A stretch of DNA of 48,501 bases from an uncultured Caulobacterales bacterium (lineage in GTDB: Bacteria; Pseudomonadota; Alphaproteobacteria; Caulobacterales; Maricaulaceae): contig CAZABJ010000014.1 of assembly GCA_964483375.1 (NCBI GenBank), positions 1 to 48,501 on the forward strand, in the 5' to 3' direction. The position numbers and the translations under genes were made by a program. Numbering within the stretch: the first letter of the stretch is position 1; every line of letters starts with the position of its first letter. Below, piece by piece: positions 20,180-29,998 of this stretch. The notes below the pieces were generated by a model. That model saw nothing but the letters and a program-made list of their open reading frames with translations, made no database searches and was not told the DNA's origin.

Positions 20180-21013
20180 CTAGCCGTAGCCGACGGCGGG
20201 CGGGGTCGCAAAGGGCCCCGCCTCCGCCATCCGCACTTCCTCATAAACGTAAGAGGCGATGGAAACGCCCACGGCGATCAAAGCGGCGAGGAATACTCGG
20301 CCGAACATGCGCTTCATGCGCAGCTTATGTCCCAGCGCCAAGCCCGCAGGCAGAAAGAAAATGACCAGCAGGGCTATCGCGCCGGCGACCCCGGCCGTGA
20401 CGCCTAAGGCGATGGCCTGATCTTCGGACATGGCCGGCGCCGAGCCGCCTTCGCCAAAGCCGAAAAACGCCGGCAGACACTGCCCCATCGCGCCCGGCTC
20501 GCCGAAATTGAAACACGGATCGACATTCGCCAGGCGCTCGCTCAAGTCATAAGCGCCGAGGCTCGCATAGCTGATGATGAGCACGACGACCAAAACCGAG
20601 AACACAAGCCCGCTCAACATGCGGCCGAACCAGCCCGGCGGAACCTCGAATTTCGAGAACCAGGGCTTGGAGGCGGCGGCGAAAATCGCCAGCGGGAAGA
20701 TGAAAATCAGATGCACGACGGCGAAGACGAACGCCCAGAACCCCACGCCGGGTTTCAGATTGAGCAGCGTGATCGCAAACAGCGAAAGCACATACATCGC
20801 CAGATAAATCAGCACCGCCAGCGGCGCCATGTCGATGTCGATGAACAAACTCACAAACACCGAAAGCCGCTCCACCACGAACGCCAGAGGTTCGCGGAAG
20901 GCCTCGGCCAGGACGCCCAAATCGATGGCTTGGTCGACCGCGCCGACCATCGCGCTCGCCAAGGCGAACACCGCATAGGCCGAAAGCCCTGCGAAAATCA
21001 TCGGTTTCGACAT
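20180..21013 (-). CDS. Polytopic inner-membrane protein of unknown function
   Basis: 277 aa with 7 or more hydrophobic helices and an SD 'gggggcgag'. It is co-oriented 136 nt downstream of the SPFH gene. Confidence 0.6.
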   Translation of the reverse strand: MSKPMIFAGLSAYAVFALASAMVGAVDQAIDLGVLAEAFREPLAFVVERLSVFVSLFIDIDMAPLAVLIYLAMYVLSLFAITLLNLKPGVGFWAFVFAVVHLIFIFPLAIFAAASKPWFSKFEVPPGWFGRMLSGLVFSVLVVVLIISYASLGAYDLSERLANVDPCFNFGEPGAMGQCLPAFFGFGEGGSAPAMSEDQAIALGVTAGVAGAIALLVIFFLPAGLALGHKLRMKRMFGRVFLAALIAVGVSIASYVYEEVRMAEAGPFATPPAVGYG

Positions 21014-21149
21014 GTCTCGCCCCCCTGCGGCGACCCTCTCGCCGATACGCTACCAGAACGAACCCAGCCGCTGCGAGCCGTCTGGCGCGGACCGCGCAGC
21101 AAGACCGCGGCCAAAAGAAAGGGACGGCCGCAGGTCGCGGCCGCCCCTC

Positions 21150-22307
21150 TCAGTCTGCGCGGCCATTCGTTTCGGCGGTCTTGCCGATCCGAACCAGGCC
21201 GTTGAGGAGGGCGTCAAAGCCCTCGTCCTTGCCGGCGTGCAGCTCGATATGGCCGATCTTCTCCATCAGCTTCTCGAGCGCCTCCAGCTCCTTCAGACGC
21301 ATCAGCGTCGGGTTGTCGTCCATCAACCGCGCGGTGTTCAGGAGCGACCGCGTGGCGGCGGTTTCTTCCTGACGGCGGATCAGGTTCGCTTGCGCGGCCT
21401 TTTCCGCTTCGACCACACGGTTCAGGAGCGCGCGCATCTCGCCAGGCAAGATGACGTCCTTCACCCGAACCTCGGCGACCTCCAGACCCGTTCCGGCGAG
21501 CCGGGCGCGGGTTTGCTCGGCGATCTCCGCGTCCACGGCGACCCGGTCATTGAGGAGCTGGTCGAGCGTGCGCCCGCCCACCGCCTCCCGCGCGGCCAAT
21601 TGCACCACGCGATAGACATAGCCCTCATGATCCGGCGCGGTCCGCGACACCGTTTCGGCGTCGACGATGCGGGTGAACGCCGTCAACGTCATGCGCACCG
21701 AAACCCGATCCTTGGTCAGGATTTCCTGGGCGGCGATCTCCGTCAGTTGCGGACGCAGATCATAGATATCCGCCCGGATGGTCCGGTTGAGCGCCCAGAA
21801 CGCGTGCCAGCCAGGCTCAAGCCGCTCGGTCAACTGACCGTCGACATGCAGCAGGCCGACCGAATTCTGGTCGACGGCGAACGCCTTCACCGATTGGCCC
21901 ATCGCCATCCGCCACGCGTCATACAGCGCGGCGGGGACCCGCGGCGTCGCTTCGACGTCGACATACGCCACCGTCACGTCGCGCAGGACCTTCCAGTAAT
22001 AGGCCGTCCGCCCCGGCGCGACGAGGAACGCCGCCACGCCCTCAAAGGAGACGAGCGCGACCTGGTTCGGCTCGGTCCGCACAACGGTGAGGTAGCGCTC
22101 CGCGAGCTCGGGGTGGTTCTTTTCGATCACCCGCGCCCATTCGCTGGTGAAGGCGGGAACGCGCACGTCAAAGCGCTCCACCTGCACGCGGCGGTGGTTG
22201 AGCGAAACGCGGTGGATGCCCGGCTCGAGCACCTTCACGAGCCGGCCGTCGCGGATCAGGAGCGCGCGTTCGTGCTCCGCCACGATCGTTTCTCGGATAA
22301 ACATCAT
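21150..22307 (-). CDS. SPFH/band-7 (slipin-like) protein with long N-terminal extension
   Basis: The central SPFH-like region runs 'QVALVSFEG...DVTVAYVDVE' through the coiled-coil 'EKAAQANLIRRQEETAA'. Tandem ATG ATG at 22307/22304 follows 'ggag'. Confidence 0.7.
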   Translation of the reverse strand: MMFIRETIVAEHERALLIRDGRLVKVLEPGIHRVSLNHRRVQVERFDVRVPAFTSEWARVIEKNHPELAERYLTVVRTEPNQVALVSFEGVAAFLVAPGRTAYYWKVLRDVTVAYVDVEATPRVPAALYDAWRMAMGQSVKAFAVDQNSVGLLHVDGQLTERLEPGWHAFWALNRTIRADIYDLRPQLTEIAAQEILTKDRVSVRMTLTAFTRIVDAETVSRTAPDHEGYVYRVVQLAAREAVGGRTLDQLLNDRVAVDAEIAEQTRARLAGTGLEVAEVRVKDVILPGEMRALLNRVVEAEKAAQANLIRRQEETAATRSLLNTARLMDDNPTLMRLKELEALEKLMEKIGHIELHAGKDEGFDALLNGLVRIGKTAETNGRAD

Positions 22308-22656
22308 CTACTCCGGCCTGTTCGTTCGTACACACATCAAGTTCATGGACGCCTAGGGCAGCTCGCCGGAGCCGCTCGACGCGCGCCCCGCGGGAGGGGG
22401 CTTAAGGCGACGGGTCCAGGCCGTTGGAACCCGTCGCAGGGAGGGCCTTAGGCTCGCGCCTTATCCCTCCGGACGAACGGGCCCTTGGGCCGTTTTCCGA
22501 CGCCGGTATCCGCCCCGCCGCAAAGCGAGACGCTCGTCTGCCGGTCCGCCGACCGGACTTGGCCGAAGCCGCGTCCGAGCGAGCGGGGGCGTGAGGGACT
22601 CCGGTTCGCCGTCATTCAGTGCTCAGACCGTGAAAAGGGTCTTGCGGTTTTAGCCG

Positions 22657-22731
22657 CGGAGCGTGGAATCGGATTCGAACCGACAACCCCATGGTTGTAA
22701 CCCATGTGCTCTCCCATTGAGCTATCCATGC
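22657..22731 (-). tRNA. tRNA-like gene, anticodon UAC (Val), atypical
   Basis: The reverse complement folds as a cloverleaf: acceptor GCATGGA/TCCACGC (one A3:C70 mismatch), D arm GCTC-AATGGGA-GAGC, anticodon arm CATGG-GTTACAA-CCATG, T arm GTCGG-TTCGAAT-CCGAT. The 3' CC is encoded. G32 and the U discriminator are unusual. Confidence 0.5.
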
Positions 22732-22905
22732 GTTCCCCAGTTGGCGGAGAACAATCCGTCACGCGCGGAACACGGTCTGGCAGCGCCAGCCGCGCCCCCC
22801 GGGTCTCACGAGCCCGCGGGATGCTTGCGACAGAGGCGCGTGTTAGGTCCCGACTTGGGTCGCTCCAGGGCGTGATCGCGGCGTTTTGTGGTCTGAGCGC
22901 CGGTG

Positions 22906-22936
22906 AAAAAGGGGCGCGGACACAGGCGCTACCCCG
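22906..22936 (-). terminator. Candidate intrinsic terminator downstream of ptsN
   Basis: The minus strand reads 'ggggtagcgcctgtgtccgcgcccc' followed by 'ttttt', a GC stem with a 2-nt bulge plus a U tract. It lies between the ptsN stop and the tRNA-like gene. Confidence 0.4.
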
Positions 22937-23140
22937 CCAGCGCTCTGGTTAGCTTGGTCAGGCCATCCGCCAAGCTCGCGATATCTACGTTCTACAGGGC
23001 CTCGTCGAGCGCGGCGTTGATGGGAGCGAAGGCCTCGCGCATCGCATCAGACGCATCGCGACCTTTCTCAGTGACCGTAAGCTCCCAGGCGCGGCGGTCT
23101 GTTTGCGAGCGCTCGCGCGCGACGTGGTCAGGCTGGACGC

Positions 23141-23662
23141 CTAAGCCGCGTCCGTTTCCGCGCCGTCGCCCACCAACAGCGCGCGGACCGCGTCTATGCC
23201 GGCGGCCGCGCGCAGGCGTTCACGGAACACCGGTCGGCGCATCGCGCGCGAAACACGAGCGAGCGCGCGCAAGCGCTCGGAATTGGGTTCTTCAGGGGCG
23301 AGCAGCATGAAAACGAGGTCGACTGGGCGTTCGTCCACGGAGTCGAAGTCAATCGGCTGAGCGAGCCGTGCGAACAGCCCCCACATGCGGTCGATGCCCT
23401 CCACGGGAGCGTGCGGAATCGCGACCCCGGCGCCGACCCCGGTTGAGCCGAGCTTTTCGCGCTCCACCAACGCATCGGTGATCGAGCGCGTTTCAAGACC
23501 TGTGGCTTCGCCGGCCACGCGCGCGATCTCATGGAACAGGTGTTTTTTGGAGGTGGCGCGGACGTCCACCAAGACGCCGTTCGTCAAGAGCAGATCGCCA
23601 AACCCTCCCGCCGGGGCCGCCTCAGGCGCGCCGGCGCCGGTCTGCGTGATTCCAGCGCTCAT
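23141..23662 (-). CDS. ptsN: Nitrogen-regulatory PTS protein EIIA-Ntr
   Basis: PTS EIIA type-2 fold with 'GVAIPHA' (phosphorylatable His). The ATG overlaps the hpf stop as ATGA. Confidence 0.85.
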   Translation of the reverse strand: MSAGITQTGAGAPEAAPAGGFGDLLLTNGVLVDVRATSKKHLFHEIARVAGEATGLETRSITDALVEREKLGSTGVGAGVAIPHAPVEGIDRMWGLFARLAQPIDFDSVDERPVDLVFMLLAPEEPNSERLRALARVSRAMRRPVFRERLRAAAGIDAVRALLVGDGAETDAA

Positions 23663-24267
23663 GTTGCCTCCGCAGGGGCGGGTCTCGAGGGGTCGATCCA
23701 GCCGATGTGACCATCTGGACGGCGATACACCACATTCAACGCACCATGCGCGGCATTCTTGAAGATGAGTGCGGGGGCGTCGGTCAACCCCATTTCTTGG
23801 ACCGCCATACCCACGGTGAGAACCGGAAGTTCGCCGGCGGTCTCAGCGATGATCAGCGGATCGTCCTGCGCATCGGTTTCCTCGGCGACCGCATCTTCGC
23901 TCGCATCCGGCGCGGGCTGGGCGCTTTGAAGGACCACATAGGCTGCGGGTTCGGGCGCGGCGTTGCGGGGGCCGCGACGGTCGGTGAGGCGTGTTTTGTA
24001 GCGGCGCAGCCGTTTTTCGAGCCGAGCCGCGGCGTCATTCACCGCTGCATAGGCGTCGTCCGCTGAGCCGCTGGCGTGCAGATGCGCGCCGGACGGCAAA
24101 TGCAGGGCGCATTCCGCTTTAAAGAGATAGCCGTCTTTGGAGACGACGACGAACGCTTCGCCGACATCGCCGAAATATTTGGCTACCGTTTCTTCAATCC
24201 GTGCGGTGACGCGCTCGGACAAGGCGGCGCTCACGTCGATGCCTTTGTTGACGACTTGCACGTGCAT
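23659..24267 (-). CDS. hpf: Ribosome hibernation promoting factor (long form)
   Basis: N-terminal 'MHVQVVNKGIDVSAALSERV...' matches the YfiA/HPF fold. The C-terminal 'ALNVVYRRPDGHIGWIDP' dimerisation domain is present. Confidence 0.9.
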   Translation of the reverse strand: MHVQVVNKGIDVSAALSERVTARIEETVAKYFGDVGEAFVVVSKDGYLFKAECALHLPSGAHLHASGSADDAYAAVNDAAARLEKRLRRYKTRLTDRRGPRNAAPEPAAYVVLQSAQPAPDASEDAVAEETDAQDDPLIIAETAGELPVLTVGMAVQEMGLTDAPALIFKNAAHGALNVVYRRPDGHIGWIDPSRPAPAEAT

Positions 24268-24384
24268 GGCGGTTCGCCTCCACAGTTCCGCGACCCTCCG
24301 GTCGCAGCGGCGCCCCCCGACTATTCGGCGGTCGGACCCTAGGCTTGCGTTGAAAACGAAGTCAATTCAGGCCGTCAGCAGCTG

Positions 24385-25917
24385 TTACGGCGCTCCTCGC
24401 GAAATTCTTCTCCGTTGCACCGAAGAGGGAATGCGCATCGCTTCGCGATACTTTGCAACGGTCCGCCGCGCAATTTCCACGCCATCCGCCCGCAACAGCT
24501 CCACGATGCGGTCGTCTGAGAGCACCGCATCGGGCGTTTCCCGGTCGATAAGCGCTTTGATCCGATGGCGCACAGCCTCGGCCGAGTGGGCTTCGCCTCC
24601 GCCTGCCGCCGGAATAGCGGCGGTGAAAAAATACTTCAGCTCGAACAGCCCGCGCGGGGTCGCGATGTACTTGTTCGACGTTACGCGGCTGACGGTGGAT
24701 TCGTGCATGCCGATCGCGTCGGCGACCGTCTTGAGATTGAGCGGCCGTAAATGCTCCACGCCGAGCGCCAGAAAGCCGTCTTGCTGACGCACGATTTCCG
24801 TGGACACCTTCAGGATCGTGCGCGCCCGCTGATCGAGGCTTTTTACAAGCCAGTTCGCATTCTGGTGGCACTCGGAGACGAAATTGCGCTCATCCTCTCG
24901 CCGGGCGCCTTTCAGCACCTCGGCGAAATAGCGCTGATCCACCAAAACCCGGGGCAGGGTGTCGGAGTTGAGCTCCACCGCCCAACCCCCGCCTGCGAAC
25001 TCGCGGACATACACGTCGGGCTCGACCGCCGCGGCGGTTTCCGTGCCGAAGCTGAAGCCCGGCTTGGGGGTCAGGGCCCGAAGCTCCGCCATCATGTCTT
25101 GAAGATCGTCGCTCTCCACCCCGCAAAGCGACTGCAGCTTGCGATAGTCGTGCTTCGCCAGAAGCTCGAGGTTCTCCACCAAAGCCGCCATGGCGGGGTC
25201 GTAGCGGTCGCGCTCTTTAAGCTGAAGCGCCAGGCATTCCTTAAGGTCGCGAGCCATAACGCCGGTGGGCTCGAACGTTTGCAACATCGCCAGCGTCGCC
25301 GCGATGCGACCGGGCTCGGCGCCCAAGCGGTCGGCGAGTTCGTCCAAATCGGCGCGCAGATAGCCGTCTTCGTCCGACAAGTCGATCAGGGCCGAGCCGA
25401 TCATGCGTTCGACAGGGTCGCGCGCCGCAACGGCGAGTTGATCGAGCAGATGCTCGGCGAGGGTCTTGGCGGCCGCCGCCGCCTCAAGCGGCGAGCCGTC
25501 CTCGTCGACCGGACCCGCGCCGCGCGCGCGTGACCAATCCACATCGCCCCCGGCTTGCACGGCGTCGGACGAACCGCTGCTTTCGGGATGCAAGCTCTCA
25601 TAGTCGGCGTCGATGGCGGCGTCGGCTTGGGAGTTCGGCGTGTCTCCGGAGATGCTCAGCTCTTCGAGCGGCGCGTCGTCCCGCTTGGATTGCGGGTCTT
25701 CGCGATCCTGAGGCTCAGAGGGCGTGTCGGCGCCGTTGGCGTTGTCGCCCGCCGCGCTTTCATCGCGCTTCAGGAGCGGATTGCGCTCAAGCTCGGCTTC
25801 GACGAACTCGGCCAGCTCGATATTCGAAAGTTGCAGCAGCTTGATGGCTTGCTGCAGCTGCGGGGTCATCACCAGGGATTGACCCTGGCGCAGCTCCAAG
25901 CGTTGTCCGGCGGACAT
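24385..25917 (-). CDS. rpoN: RNA polymerase sigma-54 factor
   Basis: N-terminal 'MSAGQRLELRQGQSLVMTPQLQQAIKLLQLSNIEL' and C-terminal RpoN box 'ARRTVAKYREAMRIPSS'. 510 aa. Confidence 0.95.
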   Translation of the reverse strand: MSAGQRLELRQGQSLVMTPQLQQAIKLLQLSNIELAEFVEAELERNPLLKRDESAAGDNANGADTPSEPQDREDPQSKRDDAPLEELSISGDTPNSQADAAIDADYESLHPESSGSSDAVQAGGDVDWSRARGAGPVDEDGSPLEAAAAAKTLAEHLLDQLAVAARDPVERMIGSALIDLSDEDGYLRADLDELADRLGAEPGRIAATLAMLQTFEPTGVMARDLKECLALQLKERDRYDPAMAALVENLELLAKHDYRKLQSLCGVESDDLQDMMAELRALTPKPGFSFGTETAAAVEPDVYVREFAGGGWAVELNSDTLPRVLVDQRYFAEVLKGARREDERNFVSECHQNANWLVKSLDQRARTILKVSTEIVRQQDGFLALGVEHLRPLNLKTVADAIGMHESTVSRVTSNKYIATPRGLFELKYFFTAAIPAAGGGEAHSAEAVRHRIKALIDRETPDAVLSDDRIVELLRADGVEIARRTVAKYREAMRIPSSVQRRRISRGAP

Positions 25918-25925
25918 GAGCGTTC

Positions 25926-26696
25926 CTAATGAAAGCGCTCGCCGAGATAGACGCGGCGAACATCGGCGTTGGCCCGGACTTCTTCAGGATCGCCTTCGAA
26001 CAAAACCTCGCCTTCGAAGAGGATGGACGCACGGTCGACGATATCCAACGTCTCCCGCACATTGTGGTCGGTGATCAGCACGCCTATTCCACGACGCTTC
26101 AGGTAAAGGATGAGTTCCCGAATATCATTTACCGCGAGCGGATCGATGCCGGCGAACGGCTCGTCAAGCAGAATGAACGACGGCCCCGTCGCCAAACAGC
26201 GCGCGATTTCGACCCGTCGGCGTTCCCCGCCTGACAGCGAAAGCGAGGCCGAGCCCCTGAGATGCTCGATGTGCAGCTCAGCCAACAGGCTGTCGACGAT
26301 TTCCGCTCTGCGGGTCTTGTCGGGTTCGACCAGTTCGACCACGCCGGAGAGGTTTTTCTCCACGGTCAAGCCGCGGAAAATGGAGGCCTCTTGCGGGAGA
26401 TAGCCCAGCCCGAGCCGCGCGCGCTGGTACATCGGCAATGACGTGATGTCGTGACCATCCAGCATGATGCGCCCGGTGTCCGCCGAAACCAGCCCGGTGA
26501 TCATGTAGAAGCAGGTGGTCTTACCGGCCCCGTTGGGCCCCAAGAGCCCCACCACTTCGCCGCGATGCAGAGAAAGGGAGACTTCGCGGACCACTTGGCG
26601 GCTCCGGTAGGATTTGCCGACGCGGTCGACAAAGAGGCCGACATCCGCCTGCAGTTCGCCCGACCTGGCCGCGCGCCTCGCTCTGTTCGGCTTCAT
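25926..26696 (-). CDS. lptB: LPS export ABC transporter ATP-binding protein
   Basis: Walker A '[12 protein letters not shown]', signature '[13 protein letters not shown]' and Walker B '[11 protein letters not shown]'. The ATG at 26696 gives about 256 aa. Confidence 0.9.
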   Translation of the reverse strand: MKPNRARRAARSGELQADVGLFVDRVGKSYRSRQVVREVSLSLHRGEVVGLLGPNGAGKTTCFYMITGLVSADTGRIMLDGHDITSLPMYQRARLGLGYLPQEASIFRGLTVEKNLSGVVELVEPDKTRRAEIVDSLLAELHIEHLRGSASLSLSGGERRRVEIARCLATGPSFILLDEPFAGIDPLAVNDIRELILYLKRRGIGVLITDHNVRETLDIVDRASILFEGEVLFEGDPEEVRANADVRRVYLGERFH

Positions 26697-26742
26697 GGAT
26701 GACGCTTCGCGTTTGAGACGAGATGCAACAACGGCCAATGCG

Positions 26743-27258
26743 TCACCGGTTGTCGTCGGCCACGACGCCGCCGCCTTCCTCTTCAGGATAGAAGACGGCC
26801 CGGACCGGCGCATCGGAGGACACCAAGCGAGAGCGCCCAGCGGAGGGCTCCACGATGAGTTGGTCGCCGGTGAGCGTGTCGCGGCCGCGCACCAAGGTCA
26901 CATTGCCGGTGAGCACGATTTCATCGGTTTCGATGCGGTACTCGCCGCGATCGCCGCGAGCGGTTTCTTCAGCGGTGATGTAGGAAACCGCGCCTTCAGC
27001 GACGAGACGCACCACTTCGCCGACCCCGCCATCGGGGGCTTCAGCGAAATGCACGTCCAATTGGTCGGCCAAAAGCCGGCCTTCGCCTTGGCGCACATCC
27101 ACGTTGCCGCTCCACCGGGAGACCCGCAACTCGCTGAGAAATTCGGTGGAATCCGCGGTGATGTCGATGGGGCCGCCTTCGCGCCCCACTTGGGCGACGC
27201 CGGGCGCCGCATGCAACGCCGCCGCGCAGAGCGCCGCTGCGACGATAAGCGTTTTCAT
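26743..27258 (-). CDS. lptA: LPS transport periplasmic protein LptA (OstA-like)
   Basis: ATG at 27258 gives the signal peptide '[22 protein letters not shown]'. OstA-like beta-jellyroll repeats 'ITADSTEF...GNVDVRQGE' are present. Located between lptC and lptB. Confidence 0.8.
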   Translation of the reverse strand: MKTLIVAAALCAAALHAAPGVAQVGREGGPIDITADSTEFLSELRVSRWSGNVDVRQGEGRLLADQLDVHFAEAPDGGVGEVVRLVAEGAVSYITAEETARGDRGEYRIETDEIVLTGNVTLVRGRDTLTGDQLIVEPSAGRSRLVSSDAPVRAVFYPEEEGGGVVADDNR

Positions 27259-27259
27259 C

Positions 27260-28003
27260 TCACCCATCTTCGTCTCCTCCCGCCGACTGGCCGTCCACGT
27301 CCTCAGCCACGCCGGCGTCATCGCCTTCTTCCCGCAGGGGCGGCGCCAAGCGCGGCTCCTGGTCGATGCGCCCCACCACATTGTCGTAAAACAAAATCCG
27401 CGCGCCGCCATCGATAATCTCAAACGATTGCGACTCAATTTCGCCCAACGGCCCGTTTCCGCTCACCGGCTCCTCGCCGACGATGCGCCCCTCGCGCAGA
27501 TAAACGCGCGCTGAGGAGGTGAAGAACTCGTAGCCGTTGGCGCTTGCGAACCGCACGTCGCCTTCCAAATCGAGCGCGGAGGTCTCCTCTATGAAATCGC
27601 CGACGGTCGCATTGACGAACAGCGTTGGCCCGTCGGGATCTTCAAAAACGAGCGCGGGGACCGACAACTCGATGCGTTCGTCGCCGCCGGCTTCCCGCAT
27701 CGCGGCGTCGGCGGTGATGACGTAGGGGACGCCGTCGGTGTCCCGCCCGGTGAAGCGCGGATTGATCATGCGAACCGTGCGCGTCTCGGCGCCGCCTTCG
27801 GCGGGGCTGTTCCCCGCGATCGCGGCGTGACGAATGACGATCGTCGCGATGGAAGAGGAAATCCCGAGGATCGCGACGCCCAAGGTGATGCGCAGCGCTT
27901 TCACGAACACCGAGCGGCGACGCGCGGCGGCCAGCGTCACCGCGCGACGCGGTTCCAGGTATGACAATCCGCGACCATACGGGGCCGCGGCCTGGGCGGT
28001 CAT
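27260..28003 (-). CDS. lptC: LPS export protein LptC
   Basis: ATG at 28003 with SD 'aagagg'. Single N-terminal TM 'ITLGVAILGISSSIATIVI' followed by a beta-rich periplasmic domain. The position upstream of lptA matches the lptCAB-rpoN arrangement. Confidence 0.7.
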   Translation of the reverse strand: MTAQAAAPYGRGLSYLEPRRAVTLAAARRRSVFVKALRITLGVAILGISSSIATIVIRHAAIAGNSPAEGGAETRTVRMINPRFTGRDTDGVPYVITADAAMREAGGDERIELSVPALVFEDPDGPTLFVNATVGDFIEETSALDLEGDVRFASANGYEFFTSSARVYLREGRIVGEEPVSGNGPLGEIESQSFEIIDGGARILFYDNVVGRIDQEPRLAPPLREEGDDAGVAEDVDGQSAGGDEDG

Positions 28004-28109
28004 GGGTGAACCTCTTCGCAATCGCGAAAGCCCGGAGGCGTTGACCGCAAGATGCGCGCGCGAGGGAGCGGGGTCAAACGCGAAGCGCTGCGGTCCTGCG
28101 GTCGTCGGG

Positions 28110-28724
28110 TCAGGAGTGCGCGAAGATGTCCACGTCCGCCCAGCCCGCCCTGTCAAGCGCCGCCCGAGTGGGCACAAAGTCAAAGCAGGCGCGCGCCAGG
28201 TCGAGCCGTCCCTCTCGCACGAGCATGGCCTCCAAGGCGTCGCGAACGACGTGTAAATGCAGCACGTCGGAGGCAGCGTAAGACAGCTGCGCCTCGCTGA
28301 GCGTTTTTGCGCCCCAATCCGAACTCTGCTGTTGCTTCGACAGCTCCACCCCCGCCAATTCGCGGACCACGTCTTTCAGCCCGTGCCGGTCAGTATAGGT
28401 GCGCGCGAGTTTGGAGGCGATTTTGGTGCAGAAAAGCGGGGTTGGGCGCACATGCAGGTCGCGCTCGACGATCGCCGCGTCAAACCGGGCGTAGTGGAAG
28501 ATCTTTTCCACCGTTTCATCCCCGAGCAGACGCTTGAGGTTCGGACAGTCATAAGCGGGACGGTCAAGCTGGACGACATGGGCGTCCCCATCCCCGGCGG
28601 AGAGCTGAACCACGCAGAGCGCGTCACGCTGGAGCGACAGCCCGAGGGTCTCGGTGTCCACGGCGACCCGGCGACCGAACGCAAGGCCTTCAGGCAGGTC
28701 GGTCCGATGAAAGTGAATGGTCAC
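28110..28724 (-). CDS. RNase D-like 3'-5' exonuclease (DEDDy), short form
   Basis: 'VAVDTETLGL' (Exo I), 'KIFHYARFDAA' (Exo II) and 'YAASDVLHLH' (Exo III, DEDDy Tyr). 204 aa. Confidence 0.8.
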   Translation of the reverse strand: MTIHFHRTDLPEGLAFGRRVAVDTETLGLSLQRDALCVVQLSAGDGDAHVVQLDRPAYDCPNLKRLLGDETVEKIFHYARFDAAIVERDLHVRPTPLFCTKIASKLARTYTDRHGLKDVVRELAGVELSKQQQSSDWGAKTLSEAQLSYAASDVLHLHVVRDALEAMLVREGRLDLARACFDFVPTRAALDRAGWADVDIFAHS

Positions 28725-29002
28725 GGCATGCTCTCCGGGACAGTCTTCTAGCGCGTCGCGCAGGGCTAGCCTGGTGCGTGCGTCGTGTCACCTCGCCGCG
28801 AAGCGCGCCAAGGTCTCAATCGGGCCGCATTCCTCGCTAAACTTGGCGAGGCTTTGCACCGGTCCTTGACCGGCCTCACCCTCCCTCAGGCGGGGAAAAC
28901 GCGACGAAGAAGCAGGCTCGCCAGGCATTGGTCACCAAGCCGGCGCAGCTTACTCTGCAGACATCGACGTTTCCTTCGCCCCGACCAGATCCGAGGTCAT
29001 CC

Positions 29003-29788
29003 ATGCATCGTTCGCTCCTCGCCGCAGTTTTCGCCGCCGCCGCGCTCACCGCGCCGAGCCTTGCACAGAAGGGTCCGCCGACGGGCGAGACCGAGGCCGC
29101 CCCGGGCCCGGGCGTTCCAGCGCCACTGCGGCCCAGCGCGGAGGAGGCCAGGACGCTGCTCGTGGGCGAGTGGTCGGCCGACGATCCTGACGAGGACCTA
29201 TATTTGCAGCTGTTCGCCGATGGCCAGGTCTTGATTGACGACGGCGGCAGTGACGTCGAAACGGGCTATTGGGAGGTGCGCGACGACGGTTACGGCGGCC
29301 TTGAAATAATCGCCTACGAAAACATCGAGCGCGACGACCCCAATGTCGAGCCGCTGGTGTTTCTGACCGAAGACAGAATCCTCATTGAGGACGAGGGCGC
29401 CTTCAGCCGCGTCTCTTTCGAGCCCGGCGAAGCCACGACCGGGGACGGCTGGACGACCGAAAGCGCAACGGCGTTTCTGGTCGGCCGTTGGGTCGGCGAC
29501 GGGAATGGCGGTCTGACCGAGCTGACGCTCATGGAAGGCGGACGCGCCATCGCGGTGCAGTCGCCGGGCGGTGCGGAGGAACCGGGCATTTGGCGCGTGT
29601 TGGTCGGCGCGCGCGGTGACCTAACGATCATCGCCGGCCCGGACGGGGACACGCCCGATTCCGGGATCCTAGAAATCCTCGACGACAACACCATCCGTAT
29701 CGCGGACGACTTCACGATGCGCCGCGCCGACGCTGGGTCGGCGATGCCCGCGCCTTCGCCGTCGCCGGCGCCGGGCCCGAAGGGCTAG
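29003..29788 (+). CDS. Secreted protein with two copies of a ~95-aa 'LLVGxW' module
   Basis: ATG at 29003 (SD gagg) gives the signal peptide 'MHRSLLAAVFAAAALTAPSLA'. Modules start at 'EEARTLLVGEW' and 'ESATAFLVGRW'. The C-terminal tail is Pro/Ala-rich. Confidence 0.65.
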   Translation: MHRSLLAAVFAAAALTAPSLAQKGPPTGETEAAPGPGVPAPLRPSAEEARTLLVGEWSADDPDEDLYLQLFADGQVLIDDGGSDVETGYWEVRDDGYGGLEIIAYENIERDDPNVEPLVFLTEDRILIEDEGAFSRVSFEPGEATTGDGWTTESATAFLVGRWVGDGNGGLTELTLMEGGRAIAVQSPGGAEEPGIWRVLVGARGDLTIIAGPDGDTPDSGILEILDDNTIRIADDFTMRRADAGSAMPAPSPSPAPGPKG

Positions 29789-29824
29789 ACCAACCGGGCG
29801 ATCGTTGCGAAAGCAGCCGCAGAA

Positions 29825-29858
29825 GGGGCCCTCGCGGGAACGCGAGGGCTTTTTCTTT
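29825..29858 (+). terminator. Intrinsic terminator after first module-protein gene
   Basis: 'ggggccctcgcgggaacgcgagggc' (9-bp GC stem, GGAA loop) followed by 'tttttcttt'. Confidence 0.55.
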
Positions 29859-29998
29859 GGACTGTTTGCGTCTCATTTACCGTCACATAGGCATCAGCGG
29901 ATGGCAGCTTGCGCTGCAGGCGGGGCGGGCGACGGTCACACAATCGCCGTGGCGGCTGAACATCCTGCGGATTGACGCTCAACCGAGGAGACGGAGCG

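Noticed and set aside
21012-22451. 479-aa plus-strand ORF covering the SPFH gene; also 30359..31699 (446 aa), 36049..37401 (450 aa), 24751..25533, 12131..13087 and 370..1053
   Set aside because: All are antisense to better-supported genes, have R/G/P/A-biased composition, and show no SD or domain signatures.
24866-24890. TGGCAC...TTGC sigma54-like element
   Set aside because: The spacing between the GG and GC dinucleotides is about 17 nt rather than 10. It also lies inside the rpoN coding region on the antisense strand.
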